From Candidatus Heimdallarchaeota archaeon (lineage in GTDB: Archaea > Asgardarchaeota > Heimdallarchaeia > Heimdallarchaeales > Kariarchaeaceae): DNA of 32,000 nucleotides. Both the position numbers and the translations under genes were made by a program. The notes beneath the pieces were generated by a model that was not told the origin of the DNA, did no database searches, and saw only the letters and a program-made list of their open reading frames with translations. Location: contig JASBSB010000004.1 in the NCBI GenBank assembly GCA_030149205.1, positions 30,001 through 62,000 of the forward strand, given 5' to 3'. Each line of letters begins with the position of its first letter. Position 1 is the first letter of the stretch. Of this stretch, positions 18,672 to 25,488 are shown piece after piece.

Positions 18672-18979
18672 ATTCTAACTCCGTCGACGAAGCTGGTGAC
18701 GCCCCTTTTGATCTCTGTGAGTGCCTTGTCTGTCAAACTCCACAGTTGGTTCACCGCATCCACCAGGGTCCAGGTGGGATGCCCGATCAGCCCCATCACA
18801 GTTTTCCACAGGTTCTGCTGCCAGCTACCTGTCACATCAACGCACATTATAATCAACCTGCTAATTGTGTGACTATCAAAGACCTGTAAAAGTGTAGATT
18901 TCATCATGTCTTCACCAATGTAGTTAGAGGATGAAAGCCTCAGATGAGGGTGATGTTGACAACTAGTTATTTCGTCCAT
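18668..18979 (-). CDS. Cassette ORF with leader + anchor but no CT domain
   Basis: MDEITSCQHH leader. Ends GVTSFVDGVRI-stop, with an ATGA overlap into 17904..18671. Confidence 0.65.
   Translation of the reverse strand: MDEITSCQHHPHLRLSSSNYIGEDMMKSTLLQVFDSHTISRLIIMCVDVTGSWQQNLWKTVMGLIGHPTWTLVDAVNQLWSLTDKALTEIKRGVTSFVDGVRI
18677..18847 (-). repeat. GC-rich anchor repeat copy
   Basis: VDVTGSWQQNLWKTVMGLIGHPTWTLVD..IKRGVTSFVDG. Confidence 0.9.
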
Positions 18980-19027
18980 AGGTAATGGTACAAGAAAACT
19001 AAGATTTACAGCTTAATAAATTTATCC
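18950..19027 (-). promoter_or_regulatory. Cassette head, long variant
   Basis: GGATAAATTTATTAA, 22 nt, TTGTAC, 8 nt, ATG-x5-CQHH. Confidence 0.6.
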
Positions 19028-19420
19028 TACCAAAGGTAGCAGCTGGATTGGGTTGTTGATACAATGTTTCAGAGAAAACTCCTTGAGGAGGATTCTTCAC
19101 TAAAAAATAATTCTGTGGTTAAGGAGGTCCTCAATTATATGAATAATAGAATTACTATCCGGGGTCGACTCCATTTACCAATATCTGCTAACGTTATCAT
19201 AAAATTTTGATGAGAGAGCTATATCAAAGAATATTGTAAAACCTTAAGCTCTTCTCTAGTTGTATATTTTATCTATATATATTATAAATTATCAACATTA
19301 CGAATTGACACTTGCTCATAGATTAGATTCATCCTTATAATTTGAATTATACTCGTTAGCTTTTGCTTGGGTAAAAGAATTAAATACGCAGGAGCTAACC
19401 TTTGTATTTATACCTCAATT

Positions 19421-20272
19421 CTAGTCCTGTCTTGTGTATAAAGTGAATATTACAAGAAGGAAAGTGGTGGCCCAGATTGTAACAAGACTGAAAGTGTGGA
19501 AATTAAAGGAAACTCCACTGAGAAAAAAATAAATTAAAAAGATAAGACTCCAGTATAAAATCAAGATGTATTCTGCCAATAGGAATAGCCATAAAAAGAG
19601 TCCAGGGTACTTTAAAAGTATTTCTACCAATGGATTAGCAAGCAGCAGTATAAGTAAGGTGGGAGTTTCGTGTGCAAATGGATTATTAACCACTTTCGGA
19701 TCAACTGTTTTGCGGAGGGCAAGCATGCTTCTTCCCATAAGTATCAGGCTCAGAAAATAAACAGAGAAAAATACAAAAGCGGTGATAATTGTGATATACC
19801 ATTCTGGACTGAGGAGGATGAGCATCAGAAAAGCAGAAAACAAAAGTGTTGATTCTTCAAATATCTGTGACTTGTTGATATAATTTTCGGCTTTTGCTCT
19901 AATCTTTATAGAAACATAGGTTAAGAACAACCAAGACAGGTATGATATGACCGCAAAAGATAATTGATAACCACCAACATCAGATAAAGCACCTTTCCTA
20001 AGCAGAAACATTGTGTTAATCAGGAGCAAAATCCATCTTACCCCCCGATTTTTCAGTTTTCCTCTTAGATTTATATTTCCAAAAACCTTGTAAATCCAAA
20101 AATAGGTAAGGATCATTGCAGTTCCTAATAGAATTTGTGAGATTACACCTGTAATGTAATTCTCAGATAAGATATACAGAAGAAGCAATCCAAATGTGGA
20201 AATTGAGACCTTGTGTACCCTCGTCTCAGTCAAGAGTGCAAAAAATTTCACATCCCATTTTCTTTCATTCAA
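19421..20272 (-). CDS. Multi-TM membrane protein, possible orphan immunity
   Basis: 283 aa, about 8 hydrophobic segments, no upstream toxin fragment seen. Confidence 0.75.
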   Translation of the reverse strand: MNERKWDVKFFALLTETRVHKVSISTFGLLLLYILSENYITGVISQILLGTAMILTYFWIYKVFGNINLRGKLKNRGVRWILLLINTMFLLRKGALSDVGGYQLSFAVISYLSWLFLTYVSIKIRAKAENYINKSQIFEESTLLFSAFLMLILLSPEWYITIITAFVFFSVYFLSLILMGRSMLALRKTVDPKVVNNPFAHETPTLLILLLANPLVEILLKYPGLFLWLFLLAEYILILYWSLIFLIYFFLSGVSFNFHTFSLVTIWATTFLLVIFTLYTRQD

Positions 20273-20372
20273 ATATTCATGATATATTATATCCCAGTCT
20301 TCTCTTTCTGATTTGATCCCATTGGAATCGGAACTGGATAATGAGGGTTGTTTGTTTATCCTACATCATCTC

Positions 20373-20621
20373 CTACATCAATGAGTATATTAAGAACTTC
20401 CCAAAATAATATCCAAGCTGTACAAGTAGTAACTCATAAATGGGAACGGAAATTGATTTGATCTCATCAACTTTTTCTAAATCCTTTAGTATTATAAAAG
20501 TATTCCTACCTTTTATATTTTCTATAAATTCATTTTTTACTGGATGAGAGATATACCTTCCTTTACCTTTTTTCTCAAACAATGACCTTATTGCGATTTG
20601 ATCTTTCATCATTTTAATCAA
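20373..20621 (-). CDS. Small hypothetical protein or gene fragment
   Basis: 82 aa, basic N-terminus, GGTGA upstream. No family recognised. Confidence 0.35.
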   Translation of the reverse strand: MIKMMKDQIAIRSLFEKKGKGRYISHPVKNEFIENIKGRNTFIILKDLEKVDEIKSISVPIYELLLVQLGYYFGKFLIYSLM

Positions 20622-20659
20622 ATCACCTATATAATAAAGAGAAGAGGTTCTTACATTCT

Positions 20660-21235
20660 TTAGAATTGAAAAACGATGGATGCTAAATTTATCACCAGAA
20701 ATGAGGTAAAATAAATGTAAACCAGAATTTCTGAAAAATGACCTCTGTTAGAGACTTTAGATTGTTTCTCTTTATCCTGAATGAGCCCATTATCAGCTCC
20801 CCTTTTAGATGAGATTCTTGAGAGAACAAATTCTAACAAAAGGTAAAGAATTACTGTTGTGACTTCCACGACACCAAGAAAAATCAACTGCTTAGCTATA
20901 AGATCAAATAAGACTCCACTCCTTGAGTAGAAATAGATTATAATAAAAGGGGTCATTAATAAAATAACTATCAATGATCCAAGATATATTGTCCTTTCTA
21001 ACTCAGATCTTAGTGTTTTTGTCTTGTAATAGATCATTTTTAGTGAAAATGGTAATATTGAAAGATTCAGACCAACCAAAAAAAACAACAAGCTTATAGA
21101 ATAAAAGACCATGTTGAAAGTCGAAAGTACGAAGAATAGTGCCGAAAAGAAGTACAGAAAGAGGTTTGCTTTCAATAAGAGTTCAAGTGTCTTTTCTGAA
21201 TATGAGGGGTTACATTCTTTTATTAAAAATTTCAT
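20660..21235 (-). CDS. Membrane protein, putative immunity
   Basis: 191 aa, about 5 hydrophobic segments, GAGGT SD-like motif, follows 21260..21517. Confidence 0.7.
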   Translation of the reverse strand: MKFLIKECNPSYSEKTLELLLKANLFLYFFSALFFVLSTFNMVFYSISLLFFLVGLNLSILPFSLKMIYYKTKTLRSELERTIYLGSLIVILLMTPFIIIYFYSRSGVLFDLIAKQLIFLGVVEVTTVILYLLLEFVLSRISSKRGADNGLIQDKEKQSKVSNRGHFSEILVYIYFTSFLVINLASIVFQF

Positions 21236-21259
21236 TGTATTTACCTCAGAGTTTAAAAT

Positions 21260-21517
21260 TCACAACTGTAGCACCTGTGTTGTAAGGGTGAGGAAAATCA
21301 TTTCCGGTATTTTCACAATAATGGTATGAACTCCTTCCCCTATGGGTCTGATGATATTGTTGGAATTGAACTCACCAGCGTATTTCACCCGCTCGTTAAA
21401 GTTGGTGATACAGTCCTTGATGGTCTGCCGAAATACATCTGTCATTGAAAAACGAGTGAATGATCCAGCATCAAATGAATCCTGATGGAAACAGATGTAC
21501 ACATATCTATCATCCAT
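21260..21517 (-). CDS. Truncated cassette ORF (leader + degenerate anchor)
   Basis: YVYICFHQDSF and QTIKDCITNFNERVKYAGEF..NNIIRPI. Probable start is GTG at 21502. Confidence 0.55.
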   Translation of the reverse strand: MDDRYVYICFHQDSFDAGSFTRFSMTDVFRQTIKDCITNFNERVKYAGEFNSNNIIRPIGEGVHTIIVKIPEMIFLTLTTQVLQL

Positions 21518-21538
21518 TAATCTTATTTAAGTTTATTT
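21481..21538 (-). promoter_or_regulatory. Cassette head: BRE/TATA-like box + leader
   Basis: AAATAAACTTAAAT, 24 nt to GTG TAC ATC TGT TTC CAT CAG. Confidence 0.65.
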
Positions 21539-22029
21539 CCCAAATTTTAGTTATTAGAAATTCTAAATCTTTGTGTGGTTTTATTTTTTGTTTAAGTTTG
21601 AGTACTTCATAACCTTTTGCCATTGCAGGGAATAAAAAGCTCAACCAATGACCAGAGATGCAAACACCAAGAAATCCAGCAATTACCAGATCATTTCGGG
21701 GAGGAAAGCCAAACCTAATCTACCACTGCTGCTATACCCGCTTTCAACAAATTCTGTAGTGTTTGCGGTGTTGTTTTTATGATAGGAAATGACTATTTGT
21801 TAGTGGGTCTGGGAACTGTTTTTTATATTAGTTACCTTGTCACAGGGATCTGTGATGATCTTTCAGGAAATTTCCGCATCCATTGACCTTCACTACATTT
21901 AACTACAATGTTTCATCAAGTTTTTTCTCTTTTAGTTAGGAAATGCAGTTTAGCTTGATTAATATAATTTTATTCGGATCACTAACCTAGTAAAGCCTAA
22001 AAAGACAACAATGTGTTGTAAGCTAGTCT

Positions 22030-22509
22030 TCATTGAGCGACTTCAATATTGACGCCAAATATTTCTATTATGTCATCCGAAATTTGAGTTGCCAAATCCA
22101 ATAGCACTTCTGAATCTCGATCTTGAAAGATACTTGCTTTATTCTCGTTCAACTCAGCAATAAGATCATAATAATCTAAATTTTGCTCAATAATAAATTT
22201 TTTAATCTTATCTATTGAAAGAATGTTCTTTGGTGATTCAGAGTTAAAGATCGATTTTTCTGGAATATTGATTATTATTTTCATTCCAGTTGATAAACAA
22301 ACGGGTAGAATTATCAGGATAATGAACACCCCAATGATCTCAACATTCAAAAGGATAGGATTGATTGAAGGCACGAATAATAGAACATAGATATTTGCAA
22401 GGATACTTATTAAAACGAAAAAGAAAAATATTTGAATGCTGTTTTTTCTGCAATTCCGAGCAGAAAAATAAATGATTTTTTGGTCTTTTCTATTTCTTCC
22501 TAACACCAT
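22030..22509 (-). CDS. Two-TM membrane protein, putative immunity
   Basis: 159 aa, GAGGAG SD-like motif, follows the cassette ORF ending at 22533. Confidence 0.65.
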   Translation of the reverse strand: MVLGRNRKDQKIIYFSARNCRKNSIQIFFFFVLISILANIYVLLFVPSINPILLNVEIIGVFIILIILPVCLSTGMKIIINIPEKSIFNSESPKNILSIDKIKKFIIEQNLDYYDLIAELNENKASIFQDRDSEVLLDLATQISDDIIEIFGVNIEVAQ

Positions 22510-22532
22510 AAATTTCTCCTCACTTATTAACC

Positions 22533-23090
22533 CTAGTAAAATACAAGTACCAGGAGTATCCTATATGCTTTTGGTTCCCAACTCATCCGAGCATTTAACA
22601 TTAACAACGTTGCAATAGCTCCCATAGATATAGTCCAAGTACCTCCAAGCAGTAATGTATGTTCAAATACAACTTGGTTTATGTCTAAGGTTTCATAAAT
22701 TAAATCTGTGGATGAAATCAATGGACTTTTAATTATAAATACATTATTATTTACGTTAAATTGTATGCCTTTGATTACTCCTTGTACATCAATGGTTAAA
22801 ACTAGAGTATTTTGCTTTTTAACACAAATAAAATTGTTCAAAAGTTCAACAACATTTCCATCTAACATTGAAATTGTTTTGAAAATAGCAAAAAGCATTG
22901 TTTTTACAGTTATTGCTATAAATTGATGAATTACCTCAAGGACTGCATTCATAATATAACTACCGGCTGCTTTCACCCCATCGACGAAGCTGGTGACGCT
23001 GCTCCTAATACTCTGAAAGTTACTATACATGGTAATTGAGTGCTTTTCAGTTTCGAAATCAAATGACAGCTGATGGAGACAGCAGTACAC
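22533..23090 (-). CDS. Truncated cassette ORF (leader + partial anchor + start of CT)
   Basis: VYCCLHQLSF and SVTSFVDGVKAAGSYIM. The start is taken as GTG 23090; the track's extension to 23354 overlaps 23146..23913. Confidence 0.6.
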   Translation of the reverse strand: MYCCLHQLSFDFETEKHSITMYSNFQSIRSSVTSFVDGVKAAGSYIMNAVLEVIHQFIAITVKTMLFAIFKTISMLDGNVVELLNNFICVKKQNTLVLTIDVQGVIKGIQFNVNNNVFIIKSPLISSTDLIYETLDINQVVFEHTLLLGGTWTISMGAIATLLMLNARMSWEPKAYRILLVLVFY

Positions 23091-23125
23091 AGAAGTAATA
23101 TCCAATGATTTCATATAAAGTTTCC
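23069..23125 (-). promoter_or_regulatory. Cassette head: BRE/TATA-like box + leader
   Basis: AGGAAACTTTATAT, 24 nt from TTAT to GTG TAC TGC TGT CTC CAT CAG. Confidence 0.6.
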
Positions 23126-23145
23126 TCATTCCAGTTGAAGTATGA

Positions 23146-23913
23146 CTAATGACTCTTTCTATCACTAGAAAATACAAATTCGTTGGTGGTTGATGACCCT
23201 TCATCATTTTTAGAAGGTGAGTGATTGACATCCTCTGAAGCATTTGAATGTTGAATTGAGAACTGAAATGGGTAACTTCGTAAGATAGGAACTCCATTAA
23301 TCTCAGAGTTAAAAAATGGCTCAGCGAGGATTTTAAGCAAAAGTAGTAATGCAAACAACATGATTGTGAGTATCAAAAGTGTGTTCGTTGTAAGATAGAC
23401 ACTTAATTTTTCATTTTGCATCCTCCATCCAGAAGAGAGTAATAGAGATAAAAGCATATAAATTCCGGATAACAAAGAAGAGACATATAACCCCTGTCTC
23501 TTCTCCAAGTTGGATCGCAAATTGGTTTTAACTTTAATTACCTTGTAGATGACACCAGTTCCGATAAGGAACGGACAAAATATTGCAAGATAAACAGTGT
23601 AAATATTTATCCATTCTGCATAGGTACTAAAAAGCAGAAATTCGAATGGATAAAGCAGGAACAACAACAAAACGCTGATCTTTAGCAGTATTTGGTCTGG
23701 TAGCTCGATGAGTGTATAGAAAACATAGAAATTAGAAAAGTTAGATAATCCCCACCACATTAGAATGAGAATGCCCTGTAAAGTTAGAGCTACTATCCCT
23801 TGGTGCCTTACTGCATAAAATAATTCCCAAGTCAAGCTGTATACGAAAACCACAGTTAGAGCAGACAGTGTTAGGACAATGTTCTGTTTGTAATATTTAA
23901 GAAACGCTTTCAT
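23146..23913 (-). CDS. Multi-TM membrane protein, putative immunity
   Basis: 255 aa, about 6 TM segments, AAAGGTG upstream, 10 nt after the stop of 23924..24295. Confidence 0.7.
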   Translation of the reverse strand: MKAFLKYYKQNIVLTLSALTVVFVYSLTWELFYAVRHQGIVALTLQGILILMWWGLSNFSNFYVFYTLIELPDQILLKISVLLLFLLYPFEFLLFSTYAEWINIYTVYLAIFCPFLIGTGVIYKVIKVKTNLRSNLEKRQGLYVSSLLSGIYMLLSLLLSSGWRMQNEKLSVYLTTNTLLILTIMLFALLLLLKILAEPFFNSEINGVPILRSYPFQFSIQHSNASEDVNHSPSKNDEGSSTTNEFVFSSDRKSH

Positions 23914-23923
23914 GAATACACCT

Positions 23924-24295
23924 TTAAAATGATTGGTTGTCTATCATCGCATACATCACTGCTAAAACAACATGGTAAAATGTGTAAAACATCATGTATG
24001 TATTAGACTGAATCAAGATATTCCCTGAGGAATCCACAGTCACACTTACTGAAATTATTGTTTCAACAATCTGTAACAGGCCAAGTATTGCTGAGCGATA
24101 CACATTCATCATTTCTTCTGCAATAGGCAGGGGTGTATTGTTGGCTATGACCTCCCCAGCAGCCTTGATCCCGTCGACGGTGACGTCTCCCCTGATGGTC
24201 TGCAGGGCTGTGAAAGTGAAGCTACTGTGTGTTCCAGTTTCATAGGATTCCTGATGAAGGCAAGGGTACACATACCTGATATACATTAAAACCAT
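23924..24295 (-). CDS. Internally deleted cassette ORF
   Basis: YVYPCLHQESY and FTALQTIRGDVTVDGIKAAGE..NN, ending MFYTFYHVVLAVMYAM. Probable start is GTG at 24271. Confidence 0.65.
   Translation of the reverse strand: MVLMYIRYVYPCLHQESYETGTHSSFTFTALQTIRGDVTVDGIKAAGEVIANNTPLPIAEEMMNVYRSAILGLLQIVETIISVSVTVDSSGNILIQSNTYMMFYTFYHVVLAVMYAMIDNQSF
24121..24222 (-). repeat. Short anchor repeat copy
   Basis: Matches the 1806..1910 copy, T-VDG variant. Confidence 0.85.
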
Positions 24296-24308
24296 TTAAG
24301 TTTTTCTC
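24250..24308 (-). promoter_or_regulatory. Cassette head: BRE/TATA-like box + leader
   Basis: Near-identical to 10591..10650. Confidence 0.65.
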
Positions 24309-24356
24309 ACATTTAAGATAGGTTCACCCCTCTCCCATCATCACTGGAGAGTCTTT

Positions 24357-24395
24357 TTATAAAAATGTTCTAACATAGTGCAAGTAGAACAATGT
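24357..24395 (-). pseudogene. 3' end remnant of a paralog of 10698..11240
   Basis: Reads LFYLHYVRTFL-stop, versus LLYLYYVRTFL-stop at 10698. Confidence 0.5.
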
Positions 24396-24708
24396 TTAGG
24401 TGAATATTTTTATAGGTGTTTCTCATGGAGCTTCTTAGCATTGGCCCTTGAAAATTGCTGCCTTCCCCTTTGATGATCTATTGTGTGATTGTTTTAGAGA
24501 CGAGTGGAGGAGATCCTTTAAATGGGGATCCTTTTTATGTGTATAACGGGACACAATTCCATGACTCCTTTCTTCTAAATTTATCATATAGGATTAATTA
24601 TCCTATCCAGAATATCTATGGTAAGTATTCCTTTTCAGAATCTATCAAATTTGAAAGTCAATAGGAAGATTAATCACTAAAAACAGTCTCAAACGAATCT
24701 TTTTATAG

Positions 24709-25488
24709 TTACACAGCTGAGACAACTTTTATTTTGCAAAATGAACAAATCTTGACTGTGAGCCAGTCAAGATACGCAGCAAAAACCAATATTCCAGCCT
24801 TAGAAACTACAAATACTACTAAAACACCTGATCCTCTGTCCGAGATGAAATTTTGTCCCAGAAATGCCAGTGCTATTAAGTTTTCAACAAAAATTAATGC
24901 TATAACACCATAAGCGATTAAGTCCCAACTTCCCAAATCAGATAACAGTTTATCCTGAAAAATGTTAACAAAAAATAGGAGAATAAACAGAAGCAATGCA
25001 GTTATCTTTACTGTATCCCATTCATTGTCTAGGAAACTCAAAACAAAAAGAGAAATTAAGATAATCAATCGAGCAAAAAACAACCTATATTTTCTTACCT
25101 CAAATTTTTTCGATTCAGAGTTAAACACCTTTCTAAGCACAGGATCATCAGAAAAAATATCTGAGGCAATTATGGCATAGATAGCTAGTATCATCAAAAA
25201 TAAATTTCTACTAATTATTACACCCAAAAACCCTAGAATTGAATAGCTGTAATATACCAAATAGTCTTTATCTCTTTCAGTAATTTTATGGAGAAGTATT
25301 CGACTAATTGTTTTAGAAATTATTACTAAGATCATCATTCCTCCTAGGATACCAAACCCCTCCCAGCTTAGGAAAGAGACCCTGTTTTGGAGTTGAATGT
25401 AAAGCATTATTGGAAACAGCAACATAATTACTTGTCGCAGAAAAAAATTCGTTAGACGCAAATTTTCTGGTTCCATAATATCACACAA
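24709..25488 (-). CDS. Multi-TM membrane protein, putative immunity family I
   Basis: 259 aa, paralog of 17904, 3583 and 2215. Likely start is ATG 25476, just after the toxin-like ORF stop. Confidence 0.8.
   Translation of the reverse strand: MCDIMEPENLRLTNFFLRQVIMLLFPIMLYIQLQNRVSFLSWEGFGILGGMMILVIISKTISRILLHKITERDKDYLVYYSYSILGFLGVIISRNLFLMILAIYAIIASDIFSDDPVLRKVFNSESKKFEVRKYRLFFARLIILISLFVLSFLDNEWDTVKITALLLFILLFFVNIFQDKLLSDLGSWDLIAYGVIALIFVENLIALAFLGQNFISDRGSGVLVVFVVSKAGILVFAAYLDWLTVKICSFCKIKVVSAV

Noticed and set aside
23091-23354. N-terminal extension of the 273-aa ORF
   Set aside because: It overlaps the 3' end of 23146..23913 and lies upstream of the TATA box and GTG leader at 23090.
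24455-24664. 69-aa plus-strand ORF as a real gene
   Set aside because: It is short and against the array orientation, with no recognisable family or clear RBS. It may be a fragment but cannot be supported.
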